Part shown: in pieces, positions 25,422 through 37,086 of the stretch
How the letters are laid out: each line of letters starts with the position of its first letter
Numbering within the stretch: the stretch's first letter is position 1
Assembly (NCBI RefSeq): GCF_055900595.2
Contig: NZ_CM148325.1
DNA: 64,000 nucleotides
Direction: 5' to 3' (one strand)
Position numbers and translations under genes: made by a program
Notes under the pieces: model-generated
The model's input: only the letters and a program-made list of their open reading frames with translations
Databases searched by the model: none
What the model was told of the DNA's origin: nothing

Positions 25422-26765
25422 ATGTTAAACAGTATTTTTGTCATACTCTGCTTGATCGCTGTAAGTGCGTTCTTCTCGATGTCCGAGATCTCACTTGCCG
25501 CTTCACGCAAAATCAAACTAAAACTGCTGGCTGATGAAGGCAATATAAATGCCCAACGCGTTCTGAATATGCAAGAAAATCCTGGCATGTTCTTTACCGT
25601 GGTACAAATCGGTCTTAACGCAGTGGCGATTCTCGGCGGTATTGTCGGTGATGCGGCGTTTTCTCCAGCTTTTCACAGCCTGTTTTCCCGCTATATGTCG
25701 GCGGAACTCTCTGAGCAACTGAGCTTTATTCTCTCTTTCTCGTTAGTAACTGGCATGTTTATCCTGTTTGCGGATTTAACTCCGAAACGCATCGGTATGA
25801 TTGCGCCAGAAGCGGTGGCTTTGCGTATCATCAACCCGATGCGCTTCTGCCTGTACGTTTGCACCCCGTTGGTGTGGTTCTTCAACGGCCTGGCGAATAT
25901 GATCTTCCGTATCTTTAAACTGCCAATGGTACGTAAAGATGACATCACTTCTGATGACATCTATGCAGTTGTGGAAGCAGGTGCACTGGCGGGCGTGTTA
26001 CGTAAACAGGAACACGAGCTGATAGAAAACGTCTTTGAGCTGGAATCCCGTACCGTTCCGTCGTCAATGACACCGCGTGAAAACGTGATTTGGTTTGATC
26101 TCCACGAAGATGAGCAAAGTCTGAAGAATAAGGTGGCGGAACATCCGCACTCGAAATTTCTCGTCTGTAATGAAGATATTGACCACATCATCGGCTATGT
26201 CGATTCTAAAGACCTGCTGAACCGCGTGCTGGCTAACCAAAGCCTGGCACTGAACAGCGGCGTACAAATTCGCAACACACTGATTGTGCCGGATACATTA
26301 ACCCTTTCAGAGGCATTGGAAAGTTTTAAAACTGCGGGTGAAGACTTCGCGGTGATCATGAACGAGTACGCGCTGGTCGTGGGGATCATCACCCTCAACG
26401 ACGTAATGACCACACTAATGGGCGATCTGGTCGGTCAGGGACTGGAAGAGCAGATTGTCGCCCGTGATGAGAACTCATGGTTGATTGATGGCGGCACCCC
26501 GATTGACGACGTAATGCGTGTGCTGGATATTGATGAGTTCCCGCAGTCAGGCAACTACGAAACCATCGGCGGCTTTATGATGTTTATGCTGCGTAAAATC
26601 CCGAAACGCACCGACTCGGTGAAATTCGCCGGCTACAAATTTGAAGTGGTGGATATCGATAACTACCGCATCGACCAGTTGCTGGTAACGCGGATCGACA
26701 GCAAGGCCACCGCCCTTTCGCCCAAACTGCCTGACGTTAAAGATAAAGAAGAAAACGTCGCGTAA
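25422..26765 (+). CDS. ytfL: CNNM/HlyC-CorC family membrane protein (DUF21 + CBS pair + CorC domain)
   Basis: 447-aa ORF with an N-terminal membrane domain followed by CBS and transporter-associated domains. Confidence 0.85.
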   Translation: MLNSIFVILCLIAVSAFFSMSEISLAASRKIKLKLLADEGNINAQRVLNMQENPGMFFTVVQIGLNAVAILGGIVGDAAFSPAFHSLFSRYMSAELSEQLSFILSFSLVTGMFILFADLTPKRIGMIAPEAVALRIINPMRFCLYVCTPLVWFFNGLANMIFRIFKLPMVRKDDITSDDIYAVVEAGALAGVLRKQEHELIENVFELESRTVPSSMTPRENVIWFDLHEDEQSLKNKVAEHPHSKFLVCNEDIDHIIGYVDSKDLLNRVLANQSLALNSGVQIRNTLIVPDTLTLSEALESFKTAGEDFAVIMNEYALVVGIITLNDVMTTLMGDLVGQGLEEQIVARDENSWLIDGGTPIDDVMRVLDIDEFPQSGNYETIGGFMMFMLRKIPKRTDSVKFAGYKFEVVDIDNYRIDQLLVTRIDSKATALSPKLPDVKDKEENVA

Positions 26766-26779
26766 CCCCAAGAAACATC

Positions 26780-26810
26780 AACGGCTCCTGAATCAGGAGC
26801 CGTCTTATTT
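26780..26810. terminator. Hairpin terminator between the convergent ytfL and ytfK
   Basis: CGGCTCCTGA-ATC-AGGAGCCG stem followed by a T-rich tract. Confidence 0.5.
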
Positions 26811-26827
26811 ACTGCATAGCACTTTGG

Positions 26828-27034
26828 TTAAGCCATCTCTGTTTGCAGACGCATAACCTGACGGTTAACTTCGGACATCACTGACAAATGCAGCTTATCC
26901 TTCACTTTTGGGATAAGAATCTTACCCTTATCAAATTCAAAAGCGCCAACGTCCTTGATGTATAACCGTCCACGGAACAGGATCTTTACGTACTTCGCCA
27001 CCTGCAGTGGGTTGTACCGTTGGAAAATTTTCAT
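26828..27034 (-). CDS. ytfK: Small protein YtfK (DUF1107)
   Basis: ORF-track start 27100 trimmed to [17 protein letters not shown], giving 68 aa. Confidence 0.8.
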
Positions 27035-27359
27035 TGTTATCTCCTGCTGAGTATTACGCCTTTGCGGTGCCACAATCGGCCCAACTATTATGAGGCGCAA
27101 ATTTTAATGCTTAGTGACTATAGACTATCCGGGTAATGTTTCCACCGCGTATAACTTTTTTTACCTAAAGGTTACAATTATTCAGAATTATCTTTTTACC
27201 GAAGCGCGGTCTTCAGTATAAGCATTCATTTTTCATATGATTTGTGCGCTTGACCGCAAACTGGCATCACACTTGCGGGAAATTCGATAAATAGCACATA
27301 TGATTAAAAGTCAGACCCCAAGTGGTCGGATCACCTGCATATCATAAGAAGGATACACC

Positions 27360-27914
27360 ATGACCCTACGTAAGATTCTGGCACTCACCTGCCTGCTGTT
27401 GCCGATGATGGCTTCCGCACATCAGTTTGAAACCGGTCAACGAGTGCCACCGATAGGCATTACCGATCGGGGCGAGTTAGTGCTTGATAAAGATCAGTTT
27501 AGCTACAAAACCTGGAACAGCGCGCAGTTAGTGGGAAAAGTGCGAGTACTGCAACATATTGCTGGTCGCACCTCTGCAAAAGAGAAAAACGCGACGCTGA
27601 TTGAAGCGATTAAATCAGCAAAGTTACCGCACGATCGTTACCAGACCACCACCATTGTGAACACCGACGACGCGATTCCGGGTTCTGGCATGTTTGTGCG
27701 CAGCAGTCTGGAGAGTAATAAAAAGCTTTATCCCTGGTCGCAGTTTATTGTCGATAGCAATGGCATCGCGCGCGGTGCCTGGCAGCTAGATGAAGAAAGT
27801 TCCGCTGTAGCGGTGCTGGACAAAGACGGTCGAGTGCAATGGGCCAAAGACGGTGCGCTCACTCAGGAAGAGGTGCAGCAAGTGATGAACCTGCTGCAAA
27901 AGTTGCTCAAATAA
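27360..27914 (+). CDS. ytfJ: Periplasmic protein YtfJ
   Basis: 184-aa ORF with a signal peptide; conserved neighbour of ytfK. Confidence 0.85.
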   Translation: MTLRKILALTCLLLPMMASAHQFETGQRVPPIGITDRGELVLDKDQFSYKTWNSAQLVGKVRVLQHIAGRTSAKEKNATLIEAIKSAKLPHDRYQTTTIVNTDDAIPGSGMFVRSSLESNKKLYPWSQFIVDSNGIARGAWQLDEESSAVAVLDKDGRVQWAKDGALTQEEVQQVMNLLQKLLK

Positions 27915-27945
27915 TGTTAATAACATAAATTCTGGAAAAATAAAT

Positions 27946-27976
27946 TTCCCCTATCGATATATATGGGATAGGGGAA
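27946..27976. terminator. Hairpin between the convergent ytfJ and ytfI-like genes
   Basis: TCCCCTATC ... GATAGGGGA inverted repeat; weak T-run. Confidence 0.4.
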
Positions 27977-28014
27977 TTAAGTCTCTGAGTTTTTACGCCG
28001 AACTCATACTAGTA

Positions 28015-28938
28015 TCAATAACCCTTATTCGCGTTTAACGGTTTTACCTCTTTTTTAAACGCTTCAATGGTAGATTTATATTTCTCGGAAATCTTTTCTT
28101 CGGTATAATTACCGTTTGCGGCCAGATTTGCACTTATAATCGCTTCCACTTGCTCGGTTATTTCCACTTGTTGGTAACCTGCATTAACCAGAAAATTATA
28201 AATAAGAGAGTAATCTTCACCCTGCAAAAAAATATAAGAGCCAGTTCGAAATTCCTCATCCCCTCCATAGATTTTAAGAGCAAAGCCCAAAGATTCTATG
28301 ACCATGGCATAATTTCCATTATTTATTTTCTCGCAAAAATACCATCCTTCACATTCTTTAATGCTACCTCCTGGCCCTTCAAGTTCAAATTTACCCCGTT
28401 TTAATTTGCTTACTACATTCTCAAAATAAGCAGAACCGTAAGACAAGCCACCCGCCGCCGTCCGAAAATAACCGTTAATCCTTTCAGGTATGTCAGACTG
28501 TTTTTTCTGCAAAATATCATAGGCATACAATCTTCTATTTTGTGCTAGTGGAAATTCACGGTTCTTAAAGTCTATAAATGAGTTATACTCATTTATTGTT
28601 ATAGAGATTTCTTCGTATTCAAATCCATTGCCTCGCAATGTCATTGTATATTCGGCACCGTTATCTTTAAGGCGGAAGCTGATAAGAAAATTATCCATGG
28701 CGTGAACGGTTTCATCTTTTGATGAAAGCACCTGATAACTATTTTTATCGATCTGTGTTGCTCTAAGAAAGAACTCCCTTAAAATTAACAGACTATCATA
28801 ATTCGAAATCCAATCCCTTTTCTTAAATGCATGCTGAATATTATTAAAGAAATTATTTGAATGTATTTTTGTATGCGATGACTTTACAAATAACTCCACT
28901 GCACCAAAAAAATTATTGTGTCTGATCTTGGGTAACAT
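28015..28938 (-). CDS. ytfI: Uncharacterized protein, AT-rich gene (YtfI-like by position)
   Basis: 307-aa ORF in a markedly AT-rich stretch with Asn/Lys/Tyr/Phe-rich composition; position between cysQ and ytfJ matches K-12 ytfI; no domain recognised. Confidence 0.6.
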   Translation of the reverse strand: MLPKIRHNNFFGAVELFVKSSHTKIHSNNFFNNIQHAFKKRDWISNYDSLLILREFFLRATQIDKNSYQVLSSKDETVHAMDNFLISFRLKDNGAEYTMTLRGNGFEYEEISITINEYNSFIDFKNREFPLAQNRRLYAYDILQKKQSDIPERINGYFRTAAGGLSYGSAYFENVVSKLKRGKFELEGPGGSIKECEGWYFCEKINNGNYAMVIESLGFALKIYGGDEEFRTGSYIFLQGEDYSLIYNFLVNAGYQQVEITEQVEAIISANLAANGNYTEEKISEKYKSTIEAFKKEVKPLNANKGY

Positions 28939-29150
28939 ATGACAACCTTATTATATTTGGTTATTCTATGTCGCCATTAAATATCTTGTTAAAGAAGTAA
29001 ACTATCAAAAAACGCTCATTATTAAAATATAACTTATTAGCGTTAGAATATTTACACTTTAAATACAATCCCTTTATATCTATAACTTTTTAGGTTGGAA
29101 ACAAATCAGGATGGCAGAATCAGGAAATACACTGTTTCTGCCATCTGTAT

Positions 29151-29891
29151 TTAATAAATAGAGACTCTGAACCCAGGATTCAGGAACGACTCGCGCGGGG
29201 TATAATCCAGCGGTTTACCCTGCCAGTCGTGAACGTGCGCTCCGGCCGCTGCCGCAACTGCGTGACCGGCAGCGGTATCCCAAATATTAGTTGGCCCGAA
29301 ACGCGGATAGAGTTGAGCCTGCCCTTCCGCCACCAGGCAGAATTTCAGCGAAGAGCCGATAGACGTGGTTTGATGTTCGCCAAGCTGTTGCAGATACTCT
29401 TTCAGCTCCGCATCCGCATGGGAACGGCTGATCACCACCAGCGGCGGGCGCGCATCGCGGACCTGAATCTGCTTGCGTACACCGCACTCTTCTTTCCAGG
29501 CTTTGCCGTCTGCCGCGCTGTACATTACGTTCATTACCGGCGCATACACCACACCTAAAATCGGTTTGCCGTGGTCGATGAGCGCAATATTAACGGTGAA
29601 TTCACCATTACGTTTAATAAACTCTTTAGTACCATCCAGCGGGTCTACCAGCCAGTAACGCTGCCAGTGTTGACGGACTTCCCAACCGGGAGGATCTTCT
29701 TCAGAAAGGACCGGAATATCCGGTGTCAGCGTACGTAAACCGTCCATGATAACGGTGTGTGCGGCAATATCCGCTGCCGTTACCGGAGAATTGTCCGCTT
29801 TGCTGACGACGTCCATCGGTTTCGTCCCGTCGTAGACCTGCATAATGGCATCGCCTGCATTCCGTGCAAGCTGGCATACTTGATCTAACAT
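29151..29891 (-). CDS. cysQ: 3'(2'),5'-bisphosphate nucleotidase
   Basis: 246-aa inositol monophosphatase-family ORF with the WLVDPLDGT motif. Confidence 0.9.
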   Translation of the reverse strand: MLDQVCQLARNAGDAIMQVYDGTKPMDVVSKADNSPVTAADIAAHTVIMDGLRTLTPDIPVLSEEDPPGWEVRQHWQRYWLVDPLDGTKEFIKRNGEFTVNIALIDHGKPILGVVYAPVMNVMYSAADGKAWKEECGVRKQIQVRDARPPLVVISRSHADAELKEYLQQLGEHQTTSIGSSLKFCLVAEGQAQLYPRFGPTNIWDTAAGHAVAAAAGAHVHDWQGKPLDYTPRESFLNPGFRVSIY

Positions 29892-30080
29892 TTCTCCACC
29901 TCGTCTCTGTGAGCGGTGTTAACTTGTTGTTTTACTTATACCCTATCGTTAAAGAATGCGCCAACTGTGATAGTGTCATCATTTTCAAAGCGTTAAATTG
30001 TGGCATTCTTCACTGTTCTAAAAGTAAGAGGTTTATTCTCCCTTTTCTTTCGAATTCCCGATGATAAAAGGATGTCCCTG

Positions 30081-32024
30081 ATGATTAAGTTTAGCGCAAC
30101 GCTCCTGGCCACGCTGATTGCCGCGAGTGTGAATGCAGCGACGGTCGATCTGCGTATCATGGAAACCACTGATTTGCATAGCAACATGATGGATTTCGAT
30201 TATTACAAAGACACCGCCACGGAAAAATTCGGACTGGTACGTACGGCAAGCCTGATTAACGATGCCCGCAATGAAGTGAAAAACAGCGTACTGGTCGATA
30301 ATGGCGATTTGATTCAGGGGAGTCCGCTAGCGGATTACATGTCGGCGAAAGGATTAAAAGCCGGAGATATTCACCCTGTCTATAAGGCATTGAATACGCT
30401 GGACTATACCGTCGGCACACTCGGTAACCACGAGTTTAACTACGGTCTGGATTACCTGAAAAATGCACTGGCAGGAGCAAAATTCCCTTATGTAAACGCC
30501 AACGTCATTGACGCTAAAACCAAACAGCCCATGTTTACACCGTATTTGATTAAAGACACCGAAGTGATCGATAAAGACGGAAAAAAACAGACGCTGAAGA
30601 TTGGCTATATTGGCGTCGTACCGCCGCAGATTATGGGATGGGATAAAGCTAATTTATCCGGGAAAGTGACGGTGAATGATATTACCGAAACCGTGCGCAA
30701 GTACGTGCCTGAAATGCGCGAGAAAGGTGCCGATCTCGTTGTCGTTTTGGCGCATTCTGGTCTGTCTGCCGATCCGTATAAAGTGATGGCGGAAAACTCA
30801 GTTTATTACCTCAGTGAAATTCCGGGCGTTAACGCCATTATGTTTGGCCATGCTCACGCCGTTTTCCCAGGTAAAGATTTTGCTGATATTGAAGGGGCTG
30901 ATATCGCCAAAGGCACGCTGAACGGCGTTCCGGCGGTAATGCCGGGCATGTGGGGCGATCATCTCGGCGTGGTCGATCTGCAACTCAATAATGACAGCGG
31001 AAAATGGCAGGTGACGCAGGCGAAAGCGGAAGCACGCCCGATTTACGATATCGCCAATAAAAAATCTCTCGCGGCGGAAGACAGTAATCTGGTCGATACG
31101 CTTAAAGCCGATCACGAGGCCACACGCCAGTTTGTCAGCAAACCAATCGGTAAATCTGCCGACAATATGTATAGCTATCTGGCGCTGGTGCAGGACGATC
31201 CGACCGTGCAGGTGGTAAACAACGCACAAAAAGCGTATGTCGAACATTACATTCAGGGCGATCCGGATCTGGCAAAACTGCCGGTGCTTTCAGCTGCCGC
31301 ACCGTTTAAAGTCGGTGGTCGCAAAAATGATCCGGCAAGCTATGTGGAAGTGGAAAAAGGCCAATTAACCTTCCGTAACGCCGCCGATCTTTACCTCTAT
31401 CCCAATACGCTGATTGTGGTGAAAGCCAGCGGTAAAGAGGTGAAAGAGTGGCTGGAATGCTCCGCCGGACAGTTTAACCAGATTGATCCCAACAGCACGA
31501 AACCACAGTCACTCATCAACTGGGATGGTTTCCGCACCTATAACTTTGACGTCATTGATGGTGTGAATTATCAGATTGATGTTACTCAGCCCGCCCGCTA
31601 TGACGGCGAGTGCCAGGTGGTTAATGCCAATGCGGAAAGGATTAAGAACCTGACCTTTAACGGCAAGCAGATTGATCCGAACGCGATGTTCCTCGTTGCC
31701 ACCAATAACTATCGCGCTTACGGCGGCAAATTTGCAGGTACGGGCGATAGCCATATCGCTTTTGCTTCACCGGATGAGAACCGCTCGGTGCTGGCAGCGT
31801 GGATTGCAGATGAGTCGAAGCGTGCGGGGGAAATTCACCCGGCGGCAGATAACAACTGGCGTTTAGCACCGATTCCTGGCGATAAGAAACTGGATATCCG
31901 TTTCGAAACCTCTCCGTCAGACAAAGCCGCGGCGTTTATTAAAGAGAAAGGACAATATCCGATGAATAAAGTCGCGACCGATGATATCGGCTTTGCGATT
32001 TATCAGGTGGATTTGAGTAAGTAA
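30081..32024 (+). CDS. cpdB: 2',3'-cyclic-nucleotide 2'-phosphodiesterase / 3'-nucleotidase (periplasmic)
   Basis: ORF-track start 30000 trimmed to the ATG at 30081 ([19 protein letters not shown]), giving 647 aa; calcineurin-like metallophosphatase plus 5'-nucleotidase C-terminal domain. Confidence 0.9.
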   Translation: MIKFSATLLATLIAASVNAATVDLRIMETTDLHSNMMDFDYYKDTATEKFGLVRTASLINDARNEVKNSVLVDNGDLIQGSPLADYMSAKGLKAGDIHPVYKALNTLDYTVGTLGNHEFNYGLDYLKNALAGAKFPYVNANVIDAKTKQPMFTPYLIKDTEVIDKDGKKQTLKIGYIGVVPPQIMGWDKANLSGKVTVNDITETVRKYVPEMREKGADLVVVLAHSGLSADPYKVMAENSVYYLSEIPGVNAIMFGHAHAVFPGKDFADIEGADIAKGTLNGVPAVMPGMWGDHLGVVDLQLNNDSGKWQVTQAKAEARPIYDIANKKSLAAEDSNLVDTLKADHEATRQFVSKPIGKSADNMYSYLALVQDDPTVQVVNNAQKAYVEHYIQGDPDLAKLPVLSAAAPFKVGGRKNDPASYVEVEKGQLTFRNAADLYLYPNTLIVVKASGKEVKEWLECSAGQFNQIDPNSTKPQSLINWDGFRTYNFDVIDGVNYQIDVTQPARYDGECQVVNANAERIKNLTFNGKQIDPNAMFLVATNNYRAYGGKFAGTGDSHIAFASPDENRSVLAAWIADESKRAGEIHPAADNNWRLAPIPGDKKLDIRFETSPSDKAAAFIKEKGQYPMNKVATDDIGFAIYQVDLSK

Positions 32025-32047
32025 AACACTTTTCCCGTCTATAAATA

Positions 32048-32146
32048 TGAACCGCATCCGGCATTTATTGGCGGATGCGGTGCTGCTGCATCTTATCCGC
32101 CCTACAGGTCATGAACCGTAGGCCGAATAAGCGCAGCGCATCTGGC
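32048..32146. repeat. REP/BIME elements between cpdB and ytfH
   Basis: REP-like units around GGCGGATGCGG...CTTATCCGCCCTACAGG; boundaries approximate. Confidence 0.6.
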
Positions 32147-32148
32147 TG

Positions 32149-32529
32149 TTATGCCGCACGTTCATCCCGCACTGCCAACACCTCAGGCAAATTCAACTCA
32201 ATCCAGTCCGCCAGTGCAGCAACCTTTTCGCTCACCTGCTCGCCCAGCGGCGTGAGGCTGTATTCCACATGCGGCGGCACCACCGGATAAGAGATACGGT
32301 TAAGAAACCCATCCTGCTCTAACGCCTGTAACGACTGCGCAAGCATCTTTTCACTCACCCCACCCATCTTGCGGCGCAGGTCGCTAAAACGGTGCGTACC
32401 TTCGCGAAGCGCGACCAGAATCAATACCCCCCAACGGCTGGTGACGTGTTTCAACACCTCGCGCGACGGGCACTGTTCGGCGAAGAGGTTACCCTCTTTC
32501 AGTTGTTGCGACAGGCTAGCCTGGCTCAT
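32149..32529 (-). CDS. ytfH: HxlR-family transcriptional regulator
   Basis: 126-aa winged-helix ORF divergent from qorB. Confidence 0.85.
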   Translation of the reverse strand: MSQASLSQQLKEGNLFAEQCPSREVLKHVTSRWGVLILVALREGTHRFSDLRRKMGGVSEKMLAQSLQALEQDGFLNRISYPVVPPHVEYSLTPLGEQVSEKVAALADWIELNLPEVLAVRDERAA

Positions 32530-32616
32530 TCATACTTACCTTTTTGTACGTACTTACTAAAAGTAAGTTTAGGTGGTAGCGTATTTAAACACAAGACAAA
32601 CCGATGGAGGCTTCCC

Positions 32617-33477
32617 ATGATCGCAATTACCGGCGCAACCGGCCAACTTGGTCACCATGTTATTAACTCCTTACTGAAAACCGTTCCTGCCAGCCAAATA
32701 GTGGCTATCGCACGTAACCCGGCAAAAGCGCAGGCATTGAGCGCGCAAGGCATTACTGTACGTCAGGCTGAATACGGCGATGAGGCCGCACTGACATCTG
32801 CGCTTCAGGGAGTGGAAAAACTGCTGCTGATCTCTTCCAGCGAAGTGGGGCAACGTGCCCCGCAGCATCGAAATGTTATTAATGCCGCTAAGGCGGCGGG
32901 CGTGAAATTTATCGCTTATACCAGCCTGCTACATGCTGATACCTCCCCGCTCGGCCTCGCCGATGAGCACATCGAGACGGAGAAAATGCTGGCTGTTTCT
33001 GGCATCGCTTACACCTTGCTGCGCAACGGCTGGTACACCGAAAACTATCTCGCCAGCGCCCCGGCAGCACTGGAGCACGGCGTATTTATCGGTGCCGCGG
33101 GCGATGGCAAAATTGCCTCAGCTACGCGAGCTGATTATGCGGTAGCTGCGGCGCGCGTAATTAGCGAAGCAGGTCACGAAGGCAAGGTTTATGAACTGGC
33201 AGGTGATAGCGCCTGGACACTGACACAGTTAGCGGCGGAACTCACCAAACAGAGCGGCAAACAGGTTACCTATCAAAACCTGAGCGAAGCTGATTTCGCC
33301 GCGGCGCTGAAAAGCGTCGGTCTGCCTGACGGGCTGGCGGATATGCTGGCGGATTCTGACGTTGGCGCATCGAAAGGCGGCCTGTTTGATGACAGCAAAA
33401 CGCTTAGCAAATTGATTGGCCGCCCAACGACAACATTAGCCGAGAGCGTAAGCCATCTTTTTAATGTTAATAACTAG
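32617..33477 (+). CDS. qorB: NAD(P)H:quinone oxidoreductase (NmrA-like)
   Basis: ORF-track start 32392 trimmed to the ATG at 32617 (MIAITGATGQLGHHVI), giving 286 aa; Rossmann GATGQLG motif. Confidence 0.85.
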   Translation: MIAITGATGQLGHHVINSLLKTVPASQIVAIARNPAKAQALSAQGITVRQAEYGDEAALTSALQGVEKLLLISSSEVGQRAPQHRNVINAAKAAGVKFIAYTSLLHADTSPLGLADEHIETEKMLAVSGIAYTLLRNGWYTENYLASAPAALEHGVFIGAAGDGKIASATRADYAVAAARVISEAGHEGKVYELAGDSAWTLTQLAAELTKQSGKQVTYQNLSEADFAAALKSVGLPDGLADMLADSDVGASKGGLFDDSKTLSKLIGRPTTTLAESVSHLFNVNN

Positions 33478-33576
33478 TTAATTAAAGTGGCATCCTCCCG
33501 TATCCTCTCTGATAATGACGGGATGCGGGGAACGACTACGGTTGTTCCCTGAATATTTCTTCTGACAGATCAATGG

Positions 33577-34551
33577 ATGCCAGTAATGATTAGCGGCGTG
33601 CTGTACGCCCTGTTAGCAGGGTTGATGTGGGGGCTTATATTTGTCGGGCCGTTGATCGTGCCGGAATACCCGGCGATGTTGCAGTCGATGGGGCGTTATC
33701 TGGCGTTAGGGTTAATTGCGCTGCCCATTGCCTGGCTGGGACGCGTGCGTCTGCGTCAGTTGGCGCGTCGCGACTGGCTTACCGCCTTGATGCTCACTAT
33801 GATGGGCAACCTTATCTATTACTTCTGTCTTGCCAGTGCCATTCAACGTACTGGCGCGCCTGTTTCCACGATGATTATTGGCACCCTGCCGGTGGTGATT
33901 CCCGTTTTTGCCAATCTGCTTTATAGCCAGCGTGACGGTAAACTCGCGTGGGGGAAACTCGCCCCGGCGCTGGTTTGTATTGGCATCGGCCTTGCATGTG
34001 TAAATATTGCTGAGTTAGACCACGGACTCCCCGATTTTGACTGGGCACGTTATACCTCTGGCATCGTGTTGGCGTTAGTTTCCGTGGTCTGCTGGGCGTG
34101 GTATGCCTTGCGCAACGCCCGTTGGCTGCGGGAAAACCCAGACAAACATCCGATGATGTGGGCAACGGCGCAGGCGCTGGTCACGCTGCCGGTTTCTCTC
34201 ATCGGCTATCTCGTCGCCTGTTACTGGCTGAATACGCAAACGCCGGGCTTCTCCCTACCTTTTGGCCCCCGTCCGCTGGTGTTTATTAGTCTGATGATTG
34301 CGATAGCCGTGCTTTGCTCATGGGTTGGCGCACTCTGCTGGAACGTCGCCAGCCAGCGATTACCGACGGTTATCCTCGGACCGTTGATTGTTTTCGAAAC
34401 GCTGGCAGGTTTGCTGTACACCTTTTTACTCCGCCAGCAAATGCCGCCGCTAATGACGCTGAGCGGTATCGCGCTGTTAGTGATTGGCGTGGTCATTGCG
34501 GTCAGAGCCAAACCGGAAAAGCCTTTAACTGAACCTGTCTCAGAAAGTTGA
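33577..34551 (+). CDS. ytfF: EamA/DMT-family inner membrane transporter
   Basis: Roughly 321-324 aa multi-pass membrane protein; start could be 33577 or 33586. Confidence 0.8.
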   Translation: MPVMISGVLYALLAGLMWGLIFVGPLIVPEYPAMLQSMGRYLALGLIALPIAWLGRVRLRQLARRDWLTALMLTMMGNLIYYFCLASAIQRTGAPVSTMIIGTLPVVIPVFANLLYSQRDGKLAWGKLAPALVCIGIGLACVNIAELDHGLPDFDWARYTSGIVLALVSVVCWAWYALRNARWLRENPDKHPMMWATAQALVTLPVSLIGYLVACYWLNTQTPGFSLPFGPRPLVFISLMIAIAVLCSWVGALCWNVASQRLPTVILGPLIVFETLAGLLYTFLLRQQMPPLMTLSGIALLVIGVVIAVRAKPEKPLTEPVSES

Positions 34552-34658
34552 CACGCTGGCAGTGAGTTAAATAAGCCTCTGCTACGTAAGGGTTATAGCA
34601 TTTGCCTTAAAGATGCATTTAAAATACATCTTATATTATTAAGAATGAGGTATCAGCT

Positions 34659-35321
34659 ATGGCTTATCGCGACCAACCTTTAGGTGAACTGGCGCTCTCT
34701 ATTCCTCGCGCTTCGGCTCTGTTTCGTAAATATGATATGGATTACTGCTGCGGCGGTAAGCAAACGCTGGCGCGTGCGGCGGCACGTAAAGAACTGGATG
34801 TTGACGTCATTGAAGCCGAACTGGCAAAGCTTGCTGAACAACCGATTGAGAAAGACTGGCGTAGCGCCCCACTGGCGGAAATCATCGACCATATCATCGT
34901 GCGCTACCACGATCGTCACCGCGAGCAGTTGCCGGAGCTGATCCTGCAAGCTACCAAAGTCGAGCGCGTTCACGCCGACAAACCGAGCGTGCCAAAAGGG
35001 CTGACAAAATACCTGACCATGCTGCATGAAGAGCTTTCCAGCCACATGATGAAAGAAGAGCAGATCCTCTTCCCGATGATCAAACAAGGCATGGGTAGCC
35101 AGGCGATGGGGCCAATTAGCGTAATGGAAAGCGAGCACGATGAAGCGGGCGAACTGCTGGAAGTGATTAAACACACCACCAATAACGTCACACCGCCGCC
35201 GGAAGCCTGCACCACCTGGAAAGCGATGTATAACGGTATTAATGAATTGATTGATGACCTGATGGATCACATCAGCCTGGAAAACAATGTACTGTTCCCA
35301 CGCGCGCTGGCGGGTGAGTGA
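34659..35321 (+). CDS. ytfE: Iron-sulfur cluster repair di-iron protein (RIC)
   Basis: 220-aa [36 protein letters not shown]; hemerythrin-like. Confidence 0.9.
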   Translation: MAYRDQPLGELALSIPRASALFRKYDMDYCCGGKQTLARAAARKELDVDVIEAELAKLAEQPIEKDWRSAPLAEIIDHIIVRYHDRHREQLPELILQATKVERVHADKPSVPKGLTKYLTMLHEELSSHMMKEEQILFPMIKQGMGSQAMGPISVMESEHDEAGELLEVIKHTTNNVTPPPEACTTWKAMYNGINELIDDLMDHISLENNVLFPRALAGE

Positions 35322-35365
35322 TCTAAAAGCTGGATGGCATTGCGCCATCCAGCATGATAAAGCCG

Positions 35366-36778
35366 TTACTTCCGCAGTTCAGCAGTCCGCTTCTTACCAA
35401 TAAACAACCAGCCCAACCCCAGCGCGATAAACCACAGCGGGGTAACCAGCAGCGCCTGGCGAGTGTCATCTTCCAGTGTCAGCAACACGACCACGAACAC
35501 AAAGAACGCCATACATACCCAGCACATCAGCTTGCCGAGCGGCATCTTGTAGATCGACTTCTCATGCAGATGAGGTCGCTGTTTGCGATACACCAGGTAT
35601 GAGCAAAGGATAATCGTCCAGACGAACATAAACAGAATCGCGGAAACAGTCGTGATCATCGTGAACGCGCCAATTACACTTGGATTCACATACAACATCA
35701 CCACGCCGCCGAGCAGACAGATACAAGAGAAGGTCAGCCCTTTCGCGGGCACGGCGCGCTTAGAAAGTTTAGCGAACGCTTTCGGCGCAACACCTTCCTG
35801 GGCCAGACCAAACAGCATACGGCTGGTAGAGAAGACGCCGCTGTTAGCGGAAGACGCCGCAGAGGTCAGCACCACAAAGTTGATTACGCTGGCAGCCGCA
35901 GGCAAACCCACCAATACAAAAAGTTCAACGAACGGGCTTTTCTCCGGGACTACTGAACTCCACGGCGTCACGGACATAATCACAATCAGCGCGAAGACGT
36001 AGAACATAATGATACGGATCGGAATGGAGTTAATCGCGCGTGGCAGTGATTTCTCCGGATCTTTGGTTTCCGCAGCGGTTGTACCGACCAGCTCAATCCC
36101 CACGAAAGCGAATACCGCTATCTGGAATCCGGCAAAGAAGCCACTTAAACCTTTCGGGAACCAGCCGCCGTCATTCCACAAATGCGCAAACGACGCTTCC
36201 ACACCGGTCGGTGACTGGAAGTGCATCATGACCATGATCAAACCGACAACAATCAGTGACACGATGGCGACAATTTTGATCATCGCAAACCAGAACTCCA
36301 TCTCACCGAACATTTTCACGGTAGCGAGGTTGAGCGTCAGCAGCAGCACTATCACCGCCAGCGAGGCGACCCAGTCGGAGAGATCGGGGAACCAGAACTG
36401 AGCATAGGCCGTGATGGCCACCACGTCCGCCATACCGGTAACCACCCAACAGAACCAGTAGGTCCAGCCAGTAAAATACCCTGCCCACGGCCCCAGTAGA
36501 TCGGAAGCGAAGTCACTAAAAGATTTGTATTCCAGATTCGAAAGCAGCAATTCCCCCATTGCCCGCATCACGAAAAAGAGCATAAAACCGATGATCATAT
36601 AAACGAAGATGATCGACGGTCCGGCAAGACTGATTGTTTTACCGGAACCCATAAACAGCCCTGTACCAATGGCCCCACCAATGGCAATAAGCTGGATATG
36701 TCGGTTTGTGAGATTGCGCCGTAGCGACTGTTCAGCCGGAGCCTGTTCTTCGGCAACGACTTTTACCTGATCTACCAT
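35366..36778 (-). CDS. cycA: D-serine/D-alanine/glycine transporter (APC family)
   Basis: 470-aa 12-TM amino acid permease. Confidence 0.9.
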   Translation of the reverse strand: MVDQVKVVAEEQAPAEQSLRRNLTNRHIQLIAIGGAIGTGLFMGSGKTISLAGPSIIFVYMIIGFMLFFVMRAMGELLLSNLEYKSFSDFASDLLGPWAGYFTGWTYWFCWVVTGMADVVAITAYAQFWFPDLSDWVASLAVIVLLLTLNLATVKMFGEMEFWFAMIKIVAIVSLIVVGLIMVMMHFQSPTGVEASFAHLWNDGGWFPKGLSGFFAGFQIAVFAFVGIELVGTTAAETKDPEKSLPRAINSIPIRIIMFYVFALIVIMSVTPWSSVVPEKSPFVELFVLVGLPAAASVINFVVLTSAASSANSGVFSTSRMLFGLAQEGVAPKAFAKLSKRAVPAKGLTFSCICLLGGVVMLYVNPSVIGAFTMITTVSAILFMFVWTIILCSYLVYRKQRPHLHEKSIYKMPLGKLMCWVCMAFFVFVVVLLTLEDDTRQALLVTPLWFIALGLGWLFIGKKRTAELRK

Positions 36779-37086
36779 GTTTTTTTCTTCCTGTACCTGT
36801 CTGTGTTGTTCAGGCTCTGCGGCCTTTAGTCAGTCTATGATACGACGAATCTGTATCGGGACTCATCGATATTAGGTAACAATACGCGGGATGAATACTA
36901 AGATTTAGATCTAATGTTAATTTTATGTTTAAAGTGAGTGTCATATCACGGTGATAACGCGAAACAGCTCACAAAAATACACGCTTACGTGGTCTTTGCA
37001 ACACAAAATAGCGCCATTTGGCAAACTGAAGGGTTTATTGCTGAATGCCTGCTCCCCTCTGGCTCGAGGGGAACAGAATGCGCTGC

